Positions 1 through 10,776 of a stretch of DNA of 64,000 nt are shown one piece after another. The position numbers were made by a program, and so were the translations under genes. The notes under the pieces are model-generated. The model was not told the origin of the DNA. It made no database searches and worked only from the letters and a program-made list of their open reading frames with translations. This DNA is from Candidatus Latescibacterota bacterium (GTDB taxonomy: Bacteria; Latescibacterota; UBA2968; UBA8231): the NCBI GenBank assembly GCA_965243025.1, contig CBDETY010000003.1, positions 2,464,001-2,528,000 of the forward strand. Reading direction: 5' to 3'. Position 1 is the stretch's first letter. Each line of letters begins with the position of its first letter.

Positions 1-136
1 ACCTCCTTTGGCGTTTGGGGGACCCGCAAGCGCACAGGACACCGCTAATTTATCGATGCCCCGTCACGCTTCCGAGAACAAATTTCCCCGCCAGCCGTGA
101 ACGATGCGGCCGCCGGGTGAGAAAACGCGGGAATCC

Positions 137-2728
137 ATGCAACGTCTGGCAGCATTGACCGTGCGTGAAGAAGCCGGCCTCGAGCGCCGCGCCTGGCCTG
201 TGACCCGGGGAGTGCCCCTGCCGCGGGGAGCGGTGGCCGATCCCGGAACCCTGCGGCTGCAGGATGCCCGGGGCCGGGAAATCCCGCTTCAGAGCAGGGC
301 CTTGAACCGCTGGGAGGAAGGCAGCGTCAAATGGGTCCTGGCCGACTTTCAGGCCGACCTTCCCGCCTCCGGCGAGGCCGGCTACTCGCTGGTCATCGGC
401 GCCGGCGGGGAGCCGGCCGGGCCGGAGCAGGGCGTGCGGATTCACGAGGACCACGAGCGTCTGGTCGTGTGCACCGGCCCCATGCGCTTTGGGGTGGACA
501 AACAACGCTACGGCCTTCTGCAAGAGGTGGAGCTGGGCCGGTGGGAAGGGGGCGGGTTCGTCGCGGAAGCCGCGGCGGCCCCGGGCCGCGGGGACGCCTG
601 GGCCCGCATCTGCGAGGCTTCCCCGGTGGAGGGGACGCGGCGCCGGATCTACGGCATGGGCGGGGTCTGCCGGGCATCGCTGGCCCGGGAGGGATACCGC
701 GTCGAGGTGGAGGAGGCCGGGCCGCTGCGGGCGGTGATCCGCTGCGAGGGAGCCCTCGAGGCCGAGGCCCCGATGCACCATTACGCCGGGTACCGCCCCT
801 TCCGCCTGGTGACGCGGATCCACGCCTTTGCCGGCCATGCCTTCGTGCGGGTGCTGCACACGGTGGTGGTGGCCTGCGATCCGAGGCAGACCGAGCTGCA
901 GGAGCTGGCCGTGCGGATTCGGCTGGGAGCGCCGGGGGCGCGGCGCTGCCGGGTGGGCGGAGACCGCGCTCCAGGGAAGGGCGGCCCGGGCGACCCGGCC
1001 AGGGGAAACGACCGGACCACGGAAGGCGCGCTGTCCATGGAAGGGGTCCTCGCGCCGGATGAAGCGCTGCTCCTGGCCCAGCACCAGGACCGCCGCTTCC
1101 GCCTGGAGCGGCGCCGCGGCGGGGGCACGGAGATCCTCGACGAAGGGGAGCGGGCCGCCGGCTGGGCGGTGCTCGAGGGGGAAGAGGCCGGCGTCGGAGT
1201 CGCCCTGCGCCATATGGCCGAGGAGTACCCCAAGGCCCTCGGCCTGGAGCCGGGGAGCATCGACCTGTTCCTGTGGAAGGACCCCGGCGGCGGGCGGCTC
1301 GACTTCCGGCGCTGCGCCGAGGAGGTGGCCTGGCACGAGGGGGAGGGGGTGTACAGCGACGGACTCGGCATCGCCAAGACCTCGGAGTTCTTCCTCGACT
1401 ACTTCCGCGGCCGGGAGAGCGCACAGGCGCCCCGCAGGCTGGCCGCCCTGCTCGACTGGCCCCAGGCCTCCGTCGATCCCGGGTGGATGGCGCGCTGCCG
1501 GGCCGCCGGCGGTTTCGCCCCCCGCGACCCGGCCGCCTTCCCGCGCTCCGAGCGCATGCTCGACGGCTCCCTCGGGTGGATGGCCCGCAGCATCGAGGCC
1601 AACCGCTGGTACGGCTTCCTCGACTGGGGCGACGCGCTGGCCTCCTGGGAGGAGTCGACCGGCGGCTGGCGCTTCCGCGGCCGCTGGGGCTGGTGCAACA
1701 GCGAGTGGGACCCCCGCCACGCGGTCTGGATCCAGTACGCCCGCAGCGGAGAAGCCCGCTGGTTCCGCCTCGGGGAGGCGATGACGCGGCACTCGATGGA
1801 CGTCGACACCTGCCACTACCACCCCCTGAGGCCCTACATGGTCGGCGGCTGCTTCCGCCACAGCCTCGACCACTTCGGCGACGAGCCCTGCGCCTCGCAC
1901 ACCTTCATCGACAACTGGATCGACTACTACTACCTGACCGGAGACCTGCGCACCTTGGAAGTGCTGCGGGAGGCCGGCGAGTTCTTCCTGCGCTACCGCT
2001 GGAGCGAGGATCCCCGCTTCTCCTTCAGCCTGCGCAGCATCGCCAACACCCTGCGCGGCCTGCTGCATCTGTGGGAGCTGACCGGCGAGGAGCGCTTCGG
2101 GAAGCGCGCCGGCGAGGTCTTTGCGGTCGTCGCCCGGGGCCAGAACGAGGACGGCAGCTGGCACAAGCGCTTCCAGGTCTCCACCCCGGACCGGCTTCCC
2201 GGGCAGCTGCCCAGCGGCATGGCGACCGAAGGCACGACCCTGGCCGTGGAGATGGGCACCGCCGACCCCTTCACCGGGGACGAGCTGGCCGGCCTGTGGG
2301 GAGCCCCGGCCCGGGGCAGGAAGGAGCTGCCACACTCCGAGCTGAAGGGGTACCAGACCCACTACCTGATGATCGGGCTCGAGCTGATGCACGGCCTGAC
2401 CGGCAGGGCCGACGTGGCCGGGTGCTACCGCCGCGCGGTGGACTGGTTCTGCGGCGGGCCCGGAGCGTTCGACGCGGACTTCGCCTGGGAGCAGCAGTAC
2501 GGCGGCATCCTGTGCCGCCACCTAGGGTACGCCTGGAGGCTTTCCGGCGAGCAGGGCTACCTGGAAGTGGGCCGGCGGCTGCTGGTCCGCCTGGCCGGGT
2601 CGCAGGACTGGAGCGACGATCCCCGGAAACGCGGCTCCGTGGGCATGAGCCCGATGTACCTGAGCCTGCTGTTCTTCGGGGTGCCTTATCTGCTGGGGGT
2701 GCTGCAGGAGGCGGGGCTGGAGGAGTGA
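137..2728 (+). CDS. Exo-rhamnogalacturonan lyase-like protein (PcRGLX/YetA, PL26-like)
   Basis: Motifs 'TRGVPLPRGA..WEEGSVKWVLADF' and 'YGFLDWGD..WCNSEWD..RSG..GEAMTRHSMDVD' are typical of the YetA/PcRGLX family. ATG at 137 preferred over 104. No signal peptide. Confidence 0.7.
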   Translation: MQRLAALTVREEAGLERRAWPVTRGVPLPRGAVADPGTLRLQDARGREIPLQSRALNRWEEGSVKWVLADFQADLPASGEAGYSLVIGAGGEPAGPEQGVRIHEDHERLVVCTGPMRFGVDKQRYGLLQEVELGRWEGGGFVAEAAAAPGRGDAWARICEASPVEGTRRRIYGMGGVCRASLAREGYRVEVEEAGPLRAVIRCEGALEAEAPMHHYAGYRPFRLVTRIHAFAGHAFVRVLHTVVVACDPRQTELQELAVRIRLGAPGARRCRVGGDRAPGKGGPGDPARGNDRTTEGALSMEGVLAPDEALLLAQHQDRRFRLERRRGGGTEILDEGERAAGWAVLEGEEAGVGVALRHMAEEYPKALGLEPGSIDLFLWKDPGGGRLDFRRCAEEVAWHEGEGVYSDGLGIAKTSEFFLDYFRGRESAQAPRRLAALLDWPQASVDPGWMARCRAAGGFAPRDPAAFPRSERMLDGSLGWMARSIEANRWYGFLDWGDALASWEESTGGWRFRGRWGWCNSEWDPRHAVWIQYARSGEARWFRLGEAMTRHSMDVDTCHYHPLRPYMVGGCFRHSLDHFGDEPCASHTFIDNWIDYYYLTGDLRTLEVLREAGEFFLRYRWSEDPRFSFSLRSIANTLRGLLHLWELTGEERFGKRAGEVFAVVARGQNEDGSWHKRFQVSTPDRLPGQLPSGMATEGTTLAVEMGTADPFTGDELAGLWGAPARGRKELPHSELKGYQTHYLMIGLELMHGLTGRADVAGCYRRAVDWFCGGPGAFDADFAWEQQYGGILCRHLGYAWRLSGEQGYLEVGRRLLVRLAGSQDWSDDPRKRGSVGMSPMYLSLLFFGVPYLLGVLQEAGLEE

Positions 2729-2761
2729 AGGCGGGGCCGGCCGCCTTCCGCTGATCGAGGC

Positions 2762-5326
2762 TCAGTAAGCCACGTAGACGGCGCGCAGGGTTTCCGTGGC
2801 ACCGCCGGAGTCCTCCCCTGCATCGACGGACACCCGCAGCAGGTAGGCGCCCGGTGCCAGGCGGGTGCCGGCGGCGTCGACTCCCTCCCACTTCACCCGG
2901 TACGCGCCGCTGGCCCGTGAACGCCGCCGGACATCGCTCCACAGGCGGCGCCCCGACAGGTCGAAAACCTCCGCTGAAACCTGCCGCGGGCCCTCGACTC
3001 GAAGCACACTGAAGGTCAGCTGCATCTCGTCGTTGGTGCCGTCTCCGTTGGGGGTTACCACGGGGGAGCTCAGTTGCAGTCCGCCGACCATCGGGCGGCC
3101 CGGAGGCGTCAGCACCTGCATCACACCGCTCTGGATCTCCTCCAAAGCCTCCTGATCGGGGTCGACGCGCTGCCAGCTGCCCGGGGAGCTGGTGTTTCCG
3201 ACGCTGGAGGACAGGGCCGTTCCGTGGCCGTAGATGACGGTGCTCATGTCGACGGCCACGACATCGTTGCGCCGCACCACCCCGGGCAGGCGCACCCAGA
3301 GCGAATCGGGGCCGGTGGGGATCACTTCGAGCTCCTCCTGAACCTCGCCGCCCCCGCCGGCGATGTCGGCAGCCGGCCCGAGGCGAAGCGCTTCCAGGCT
3401 CAGCGGCACGTCGTTGGCGCTCACCACCAGGATCTCGTCGATGCCGGGGCCGGAACGGCCGCGGTCGGGACGCAGGTAGAGAGTCAGGGGCGAGGCTTTC
3501 CCGAGATCGTCGAGCTGGGTGGGGTAGACCTCTCCGAGAGCCCGTTCCACCCAGGGGCTGGTGAAGCGGATCGACAGGCGCTGGAGGGTGGCGGAAAGAT
3601 CGGGATCGTCCGACATCAGGCGGGCGCGGATTTTCATGAGCCGGCGCGGCGACGGCGACACGACCCGGTCGCCCGAGTTTTTTACCGGCCTGCTCCACTC
3701 GCTTCAGTCGGCGCCGGGAACGAGGCGCTCCCTGATCTCGCCTCGAAAGGACTTGGGAAGGGCCTTGTACTCCGACTCGGTCAGCTCCGAGCCGTCCTTG
3801 CGGAAGAATCGCTGAAGCGCTTCGGTCTCGTTCCCGGTGCGCGTCGAGATCTCTACGCGGGTGCCGGGGGGTTCGTCCGCCTCCCATTGAATAGTCGTCA
3901 GGTTTTTCGACTTTCCCAAATCGATCAACGGCGATTCGATCTCCACCTCCGGCTGGTAGCCGACCCCGAAGCTCTGAATCTCCCGGATGGGGACCTCGCG
4001 GCCGTGCCCCCGGCGGGGAATTTCCCGGATATCGAATTCAAACTGGACGAAACGGGCTTTCGACGGGGAAAACTGCGCCTCGTTCCACAACAGGGCCCTG
4101 GGTCCGGAATCCCACACACCGCTTCCCGCCTCTCTGTTTCGCCGTTCGTACAGCTGCCGCCACAGCAGCGTGCCGTCCGGGGCCAGGGATCCGTCCGAGA
4201 CCATCAGCCGGTACGTGGAGAGCACCACCTTGCGGCCGAAGTTGCCGAACAGAATGCGGATCCGGTTCAGCCAGTAGAAGGACCCCAGGTCGATGAGGAT
4301 GCGCTCCCGGGGATCGGGCAGGGCCCGCCCGACGGCATCGACGACTTCGTACGTGGAGAGGAAGTTCCCGTCGACAGTGCGGCTCTCGTTGGTACGGGGC
4401 CCGACGACGCTGCCCCCCCGCTCGAAGGTAGCCAGGGCGGTGTTCTCTCCGAAGGTCCACACCTCCAGCTCGGCCAGGCGCGGCCGTTCGCGCCGATAGT
4501 AGCGGAGAGGGCCCTGTTCTTCCGCGCCGAGCAGCTCCCAGGCCCCCTTTTCCAGCTGCCATTCGCGTCCCGTGCGGCTGCGGCCGAAGTACTCGATATC
4601 GCCCTGCCGAGCCGTTGGCAGGGCCTCGTACTCAGCACGGGAAATCTCCTCCGCCTTTCCCAGGCGGGAGTCGGTCACCACCACCTGGACGAAGCGGATG
4701 ACGTCGCCGGCGAAACCGGGGTCGGCCTTTTCGCCGGGTCTGATGTCGAAGCTGAACTCCCGCTGCCGGCGATTGGGGCGTTCCGTGCGGCCCACTTCCC
4801 TGAACAGGATCTGCTTGCTGAGAGCGATCGTCTCGCCCGTCGAAACCAGCACCTTGAACTGCAGGAACGGGTCGCCCAGTTCCTCGTCGACGAAACGCAG
4901 CGCCACCCGGCGGGCGGATACCGCTCTGCCGAGGTCGACCTCGACCCACCAGGTTTCCGGAGGCAGGGACAGGTCGGGCTCCCAGAAGGTGTCTCCCCTG
5001 CCGTCGATCATGCCGGACGCCTGGCGAACGTTGGAGCCGGCCCGGCTTTTGCCCCCCTTCTCCTCGTCGTCGCCCAGCGGATACTCGCCCGCGTCGAGAC
5101 AGGCGTTGTGCACACTGCGCACGTAGTTGGGTGTCACGCCTGCGGCGTCGACCGTCGCCGTCCCGAAGGGAATGTCCCAGGCGCGCCACCGCGTGGCTCC
5201 GCTGATGTCGATGCGGTCGCCGCGCAGCAGGAAGCCGCTCTGCGCGGACGCCGGCTCCTGGCCGGCAAGCAGGAACAAGGCCCACGGGGCGAGGAGCTTT
5301 TTCACCCGCAGTCGGGGACGAACCAC
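2762..5326 (-). pseudogene. Secreted discoidin-like/FlgD-Ig protein interrupted by one in-frame TGA (3704-3706)
   Basis: ORFs 3704..5482 and 2762..3661 are in the same frame, separated by TGA plus 14 sense codons ('VPGAD*SEWSRPVKNSGDRVVSPSPRR'). This aligns with 'PGPDWSGWSQPY...ITSPSPRR' of the paralogs at 48178-53531. Signal peptide 'VKKLLAPWALFLLAGQEPASA'; start GTG at 5326 or 5305. Confidence 0.8.
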
Positions 5327-5478
5327 GGTTTTACGCCGTCCTGCGGCTCGCTCTTTGAGTTTACTGCGAACCTTCAACTTCCGGAGGCAAGTCAGGCGAT
5401 CCGGCCGCCCCTCACGCATGACCTTTCGGCCGCGGCAGGTCCCTGCGGGACCCGTGCCACCCTCTGCCGCCATCACCC

Positions 5479-6843
5479 TCAACTCCTCGCCTCTTCCTCC
5501 GACACGCGGCGCTGCCCGCTCTCCCGGGCAGGGGCCGGCTCGATCGCCGGCGCCTCCTCCCCGGCCTCGAGCATGCGCCTTACCAGCCGTTCCCGCATGA
5601 CCGCGGCCGCCCCCTTGTGCGACCGCAGCCCGGCGAGGTTCTGCAGCTCATACGGATCCGCCTCCAGATCGTACAGGTACTGCTCGACATAGCGGTCCGA
5701 TCCGGGATAGTCGCGGCCGCTCCTGCCCGGGGCATCCACCGCGTACTTCCAGCGCCTCGTACGCACCGCCCGCCCCACCTGCGCCTCGCTGATCTGCACG
5801 AACACCTCCTCGGGCCAGCCGGCCCTGTCCCCGCGCAGGAGAGGAAGTACCGAGCGGCCCTGCATCTCCCCGGGAACCGGCAGCCCCGCGGCATCGAGAA
5901 GGGTCGGCGGCAGGTCGACGAGACTGACCAGCTCCTGGATCTGCCCCCCGCCGGTGAACCCGGGGCCGTGCAACGCGGTCGGCACCCGGATCGAGCTCTC
6001 GTGGCAGGAGCGTTTGTACTCGCTGTTGCGGGTCTTGAAGTGACAGCCGTGGTCGGAGGTGAACAGGAGGATGGTGTCGTCGAGCAGCTCGAGGCTTTTC
6101 AGCGCGTCCAGAATCCTGCCGAGCGCTTCGTCCAGCCGCTTCACCATGCCGAAGTAACCGCCCAGGTGCTGGTGGGCCGAGCCCCCGAGCGCGGCGAGGT
6201 CGGGCGGGGTCCACCTTCCCGTGTACCGCTCCCGGTACCCGTCCGGGGGCGGGTAGTCGTCGATATGGTTCTGGTGGTGGGGTTCGATGTACGAGGTGAA
6301 GAGATAGAAGGGCTCGTTCCTGTGCCCGTCGACGTAGCGGATCGCCGCATCGGTCAGCGCGTCCACCCGGTAGCCGGGGAGGTCGACAGGCCGGTCGTCG
6401 TTGTCGTACAGGGTCGTCCGGTAGGCGTCGGAGGTGAACTCGAGGACGTTGGAGGCCAGCCAGTAGTCGTATCCTGCCCGGTGGCCGGCCGGCACCGGTC
6501 CCGCCGCATCCCTGGTGTGGAGGTGCCACTTGCCGATGTACCCGGTGGCGTACCCGGCCTCGCCGAAGTGGTGGGCGAGGGTCTTGAGATCGCCCGGGAG
6601 CGGGATGCCGTTCCGGTAGCACCCGGTGCGGGTGGCGTACATCCCCGTCTGCAGGCAGGAGCGCGCCGGCCCGCAGACAGGCTGGCAGGTGAAGGAGCGC
6701 CGGACATGGGTGCCGCGTTGCGCCATGCGGTCGAGGTTGGGCGTAAGGTCGAGCGGGTTGCCGTGCAGCCCGGAGGTGTCCCACCGCTGCTGGTCGGTGA
6801 AGAAGACGATGACATTCGGTCGGTTTGCCTCGGATCGCGGCAT
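5479..6843 (-). CDS. Formylglycine-dependent sulfatase (S1 family)
   Basis: N-terminal 'PNVIVFFTDQQR', catalytic C-x-P-x-R 'CGPAR', 'GYIGKWH', 'TSDHG', 'LYDLEADPYE'. Confidence 0.93.
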   Translation of the reverse strand: MPRSEANRPNVIVFFTDQQRWDTSGLHGNPLDLTPNLDRMAQRGTHVRRSFTCQPVCGPARSCLQTGMYATRTGCYRNGIPLPGDLKTLAHHFGEAGYATGYIGKWHLHTRDAAGPVPAGHRAGYDYWLASNVLEFTSDAYRTTLYDNDDRPVDLPGYRVDALTDAAIRYVDGHRNEPFYLFTSYIEPHHQNHIDDYPPPDGYRERYTGRWTPPDLAALGGSAHQHLGGYFGMVKRLDEALGRILDALKSLELLDDTILLFTSDHGCHFKTRNSEYKRSCHESSIRVPTALHGPGFTGGGQIQELVSLVDLPPTLLDAAGLPVPGEMQGRSVLPLLRGDRAGWPEEVFVQISEAQVGRAVRTRRWKYAVDAPGRSGRDYPGSDRYVEQYLYDLEADPYELQNLAGLRSHKGAAAVMRERLVRRMLEAGEEAPAIEPAPARESGQRRVSEEEARS

Positions 6844-7062
6844 GGCCTGCTATTCCCTCTGTCCGGTTGTTGGGATTCCTGTTGTCTTGACGAGGTCGCC
6901 CCGGCGAGCGGTGAATCAGCGCCCGGTTGTCCCTGAAGTCCAATATTCCCGTTCCTTTCCGCGGCTCTTTTTATCCTTGAATCCATTAATGAATTCAGTC
7001 GTGGCCGATAGCACATTCCTTCGAAGGGCAGACTGTATGGGTCCGGATCTCAGGAGACTCCC

Positions 7063-8094
7063 TTGAAGGCCGTCGTCCTCCACAAGGCCGGGGACCTGCG
7101 AATCGAAGAGCGGGAAGAAGGCCCCCCCGGTCCCGCAGAGGTCAAGATCAGGATCGCTGCCGGCGGCGTCTGCGGAACCGACCTCCACTACTACAACCAC
7201 GGGGGCTTCGGATCGGTGCTCCTCAGGGAGCCGATGATCCTCGGGCACGAGGTCGCCGGCCATGTCGGCGCGGTCGGCCCCGGGGTCGAGGGGTTCGCGC
7301 CGGGAGACCTGGTCGCGGTCTCTCCCTCTCGTCCCTGCGGAGACTGCCGCTTCTGCGCCGGAGGCCTGCACATCCACTGTCCCGACATGCGCTTCTACGG
7401 CTCCGCCATGCCGTTCCCGCACATCCAGGGGGCCTTCCGGCAGGAGTTGGTCGCCGGCGCCTCCCAGTGCGTGAGGGCAAAAGGCCTGTCCGCGGGCGAG
7501 GCGGCCATGGCCGAGCCCCTGTCGGTCTGCCTTCACGCCACCCGCCGGGCCGGCGAGCTCGAAGGGAAGCGGGTGCTGGTAACCGGGTGCGGGCCGATCG
7601 GGGTGCTGTCCATCCTCGCCGCCCGCTGGGCAGGCGCGGCCGAGATCGCCGCCACCGACCTCGTCGGCAACGCCCTGAAGCACGCTGCCGCGGCCGGGGC
7701 CGACCGGGTGATCGACGTGTCCGAGGCGCCCGACGGTCTGGAGGAATACGCAGCGGGCAAGGGGTATTTCGACCTGCTCTACGAGTGCACGGGCTCGGAG
7801 GCTGCCCTGTCAGGGGCGATTCCGGCCATGCGTCCGCGGGCAGTGGTGATGCAGCTCGGGCTCGGCGGCGACATGACCGTGCCGATGATGCAGATCACCG
7901 TAAAGGAGCTCGACCTGCGCGGGTCCTTCCGGTTTCACGAGGAGTTCGCGACCGCGGTGCGGCTGATGCAGTCCGGGGCCATCGACGTGAAAGCGGCGAT
8001 CACCCACACCCTTCCTCTCGAGGAGGCGGAGCTCGCCTTCCGGATCTCCAACGACCGCACCCGGGCGATGAAGACGCAGATCGCGTTTGTCTGA
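7063..8094 (+). CDS. idnD: L-idonate 5-dehydrogenase (Zn-dependent MDR family)
   Basis: 'GVCGTDLHYYNHGGFG..LREPMILGHE', structural Zn cysteines, 'MRFYGSAMPFPHIQG', 'GCGPIG', 'GSFRF'. TTG start with an AGGAG RBS. Confidence 0.85.
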   Translation: MKAVVLHKAGDLRIEEREEGPPGPAEVKIRIAAGGVCGTDLHYYNHGGFGSVLLREPMILGHEVAGHVGAVGPGVEGFAPGDLVAVSPSRPCGDCRFCAGGLHIHCPDMRFYGSAMPFPHIQGAFRQELVAGASQCVRAKGLSAGEAAMAEPLSVCLHATRRAGELEGKRVLVTGCGPIGVLSILAARWAGAAEIAATDLVGNALKHAAAAGADRVIDVSEAPDGLEEYAAGKGYFDLLYECTGSEAALSGAIPAMRPRAVVMQLGLGGDMTVPMMQITVKELDLRGSFRFHEEFATAVRLMQSGAIDVKAAITHTLPLEEAELAFRISNDRTRAMKTQIAFV

Positions 8095-8220
8095 GAAAAG
8101 GGCGGGGGCCCGACATGACCGTCCGGGGACATGGTTTACAGGTCCGGCGATGGGCTGTTATCGTATGCCGGCCGCCGGCGCATCCGGCGGCAAACTCTCA
8201 CCTGAACAGGAGCACTTATC

Positions 8221-9159
8221 GTGAAAGTCGCTGTCTGGGGCCGTGAACTCGAGGACTCCTACCTGAAGTTCGTCTGCCAGATCGGGGCGGACGCCGTCGA
8301 CGGGTTGCCGATACCGAACGAGCCGGGGAAGGGGTACTTCGATCTCGACGAGACTCTGAAGATCAAGAAGAAGATCGCCTCCTGGGGCATGGAGATTAAC
8401 CGCGTCTCCCTGCCCTACCTGTCGGAGACCTACGTCGACGACGGCGACGGCGCCGAGGAGGAGCTGGAAAACTGCTGCCAGTCGCTGCGGGTGATGGGCG
8501 AGGCGAAGCTGCCCCTCGGGCGCGTCGGTTTCGCCCGGGACGTGTACCCGTGGATGCGCAAGAACCACCGCGCCGTCCACCGCGGCGGCTACGTGTACCG
8601 CGGCGAGGGAGTCAAGGAAGGCACGGTTCCGCCCCCGGCCGAGGAGCAGGAGCGCTACTGGGGCCGGGTCTGCCACGCCTACTCGAAGCTGGTCCCGATC
8701 GCCGAGGAGTACGGGGTGCGGCTGATCATGCACCCTTCTGATCCCCCGAGCCCGGACGCCCCCTTCGGCGGCCTCGGGTTCCACCGCCTGATCGACGCCT
8801 TTCCCAGCCCCAGCGTCGGCTACCTCTACTGCTGCGGCACCCGCTGCCAGGCTGGCGGCCTGCCCCTGGTGCTCGACGAGGTCCACAACTACGGCCGCAA
8901 GAACCGCATCTTCATGGTCCACTTCCGCAACGTCCGCGGCAGCATCGCCACGGCCAACGGCTTCGAGGAGGTGCTCCTCGACGACGGCGACATGAACATG
9001 TTCAAGATCCTGCTCGAGCTGCGGCGCGTCGGCTTCGACGGCTGCCTCAACCCCGACCACTGCCCCGCCCTCGAAGGGGACGGCCCGGACGCGACCCAGT
9101 CGCTGGCCTACGCGGTCGGGTACATCAAGGCGATGCTCGCCGCCCTCGCGGTGGTGTAG
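8221..9159 (+). CDS. uxuA: Mannonate dehydratase family protein
   Basis: 'VPIAEEYGVRLIMHPSDPP', 'FMVHFRNVRG', 'FEEVLLDDGDMNM', 'PDHCP', 'AYAVGYIKA'. GTG start with an AGGAG RBS. Confidence 0.75.
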   Translation: MKVAVWGRELEDSYLKFVCQIGADAVDGLPIPNEPGKGYFDLDETLKIKKKIASWGMEINRVSLPYLSETYVDDGDGAEEELENCCQSLRVMGEAKLPLGRVGFARDVYPWMRKNHRAVHRGGYVYRGEGVKEGTVPPPAEEQERYWGRVCHAYSKLVPIAEEYGVRLIMHPSDPPSPDAPFGGLGFHRLIDAFPSPSVGYLYCCGTRCQAGGLPLVLDEVHNYGRKNRIFMVHFRNVRGSIATANGFEEVLLDDGDMNMFKILLELRRVGFDGCLNPDHCPALEGDGPDATQSLAYAVGYIKAMLAALAVV

Positions 9160-9204
9160 GCCGCCCTGCGCAGAACTTCCCCCATCACACTCAAGGAGGG
9201 TGTC

Positions 9205-10722
9205 GTGACAACCATGACGGAGCACGAGAACTACTACTTCGACGTGTGCGGCTACCTCGTCGTCCGCAACGCCCTCTCCCACGTCGAGGTCGACACCTTC
9301 AACAAGGCGTTCGACGCCGCCGTCGACGAGGACGGATCCCTGCCCGCCGGCGCCCCGTACCGCTATCCCTTCCTGCAGCTGCGCGACCACCCGGTCCTCA
9401 GGCGCTACCTCTCGGAAATTCTCGGCGAGAACTACCGCTGCGACGGCGGACCGGAGCTTGTCGGCGCCCCTGGGGCCGGCGCCAACGGCCGGCTTTCCGG
9501 CGGGAGCGAGTGGGTCGACTGGTCGCGCGCCTACCGGCACCAGGGCGGGGTCCGCCTCTGCCAGGGAGTGCGGGCTCTCTGGGCCCTGGCCGACGTCGGG
9601 GAGGGAGACGGCGGCTTCGTCCTGATACCCGCCAGCCACAACTCCGAAGTCGAGACCCCTGACGAGGTGCTAGGCGGCGGGGACGACATGGGGCTGACCT
9701 TTCAGCCGGACCTGATGGCCGGGGACCTGCTGCTGTGCGCCCACTCCCTCGTGCACGGGGCGCGGCCCTGGAGGGGGGCGGGACCCTCCAGAACCCTCGC
9801 CTGGACCTACGTCCACGCCGAGGTGCGGGCCAACGACTGGAGCAGAGGCAGCCAAACGGCGAGGGACTGGCTGTCCTCACTGACCCCGGCGCAGCGGGCG
9901 GTGCTGCCCGACCCGGACCGCGAGGGACTGCCGCCCCCGATACGGACCGACGGCGAAACCTGCTGGATCGAGGAGGAGGGTCCGGAGATCCACCACCCCT
10001 CGATCTACGTGCGCAACCCGGAAGCGGAGATCGACGAGAAGGAGTTCTACCACTGGGACCTGTGCGGCCACCTCGTCGTCAAGGGGGTGATGGACGCCGA
10101 CTGGCTGGCCGCGGCCAACGAGGCCATCGACAGCAACGCCGACCGTATCAGCCACGGATTGAGCGCCGCCGGCGGGAAGTCGAGGCGACTCGCCGGCAGG
10201 CACAGGGACTCGATGTCCGACCCCTGGGAACTGCCCGAGCCGTACTGCGAGCCGTTCCGCCGCATGATCGCTCACCCGGCCCTGATCCGCAGGTTGAACT
10301 GGATCATGGGCAGCGGTTTCGAGGTCGGACAGTGCTCGCTGTTCGCCCACCGCAAGGGCGGGGTCGGCCATTACCTGCACAGCGGTACCGCCGACCCCAG
10401 GCCCGGCAACCACTACCGGCTCCGGAACGGACGCGCCTACTGCGAGTTCATCAACGTCGCCTGGCAGCTGCGCGACGTCACCGCCGCGGACGGGGGCTTC
10501 TGCTGCATCCCGGGCAGCCACAAGGGGCGCTACCCCCTGCCCGAGGGGATCGCCTCCTGCGACGACGACCCGATGCAGGTAGTGCGCCACGTCGGCATGG
10601 AGGCGGGGGACGTGCTGATCTTCATGGCCGGGGCGCAGACCCACGGCGCCTTCCCCTGGCGCGGGGACCAGAACCGCAGGGCCGTCTTCTTCACCTACCC
10701 GGGCCGCAACTTCAGGCGCTGA
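9205..10722 (+). CDS. Tandem two-domain phytanoyl-CoA dioxygenase (PhyH) family Fe(II)/2OG oxygenase
   Basis: Two repeats of 'Y.[FW]D.CG.LVV..', 'L.DV...DGGF..IP.SH', 'AGD.L......HG..PW.G'. Confidence 0.85.
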   Translation: MTTMTEHENYYFDVCGYLVVRNALSHVEVDTFNKAFDAAVDEDGSLPAGAPYRYPFLQLRDHPVLRRYLSEILGENYRCDGGPELVGAPGAGANGRLSGGSEWVDWSRAYRHQGGVRLCQGVRALWALADVGEGDGGFVLIPASHNSEVETPDEVLGGGDDMGLTFQPDLMAGDLLLCAHSLVHGARPWRGAGPSRTLAWTYVHAEVRANDWSRGSQTARDWLSSLTPAQRAVLPDPDREGLPPPIRTDGETCWIEEEGPEIHHPSIYVRNPEAEIDEKEFYHWDLCGHLVVKGVMDADWLAAANEAIDSNADRISHGLSAAGGKSRRLAGRHRDSMSDPWELPEPYCEPFRRMIAHPALIRRLNWIMGSGFEVGQCSLFAHRKGGVGHYLHSGTADPRPGNHYRLRNGRAYCEFINVAWQLRDVTAADGGFCCIPGSHKGRYPLPEGIASCDDDPMQVVRHVGMEAGDVLIFMAGAQTHGAFPWRGDQNRRAVFFTYPGRNFRR

Positions 10723-10776
10723 GCGGGGTGCACGGGGCCGGCGGGGCGGCGGGGACGATCCCCTCCGAGATCGCCG

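Noticed and set aside
50-2521. Long antisense or alternative-frame ORFs (e.g. 50..2521, 3074..5692, 13469..16375, 33925..35946, 36037..37965, 59819..61924)
   Set aside because: They are shadow ORFs of real genes in GC-rich DNA: Arg/Pro/Gly-rich or mirror-like, with no family motifs.
2727-2748. Hairpin GAAGGCGG/CCGCCTTC between convergent genes
   Set aside because: There is no U-tract on either strand, so it cannot be supported as an intrinsic terminator.
3704-3706. TGA as evidence of a recoded genetic code or selenocysteine
   Set aside because: TGA ends many genes at their expected C-termini in this window, and Trp is encoded by TGG elsewhere. The aligned residue in paralogs is Trp, not Cys.
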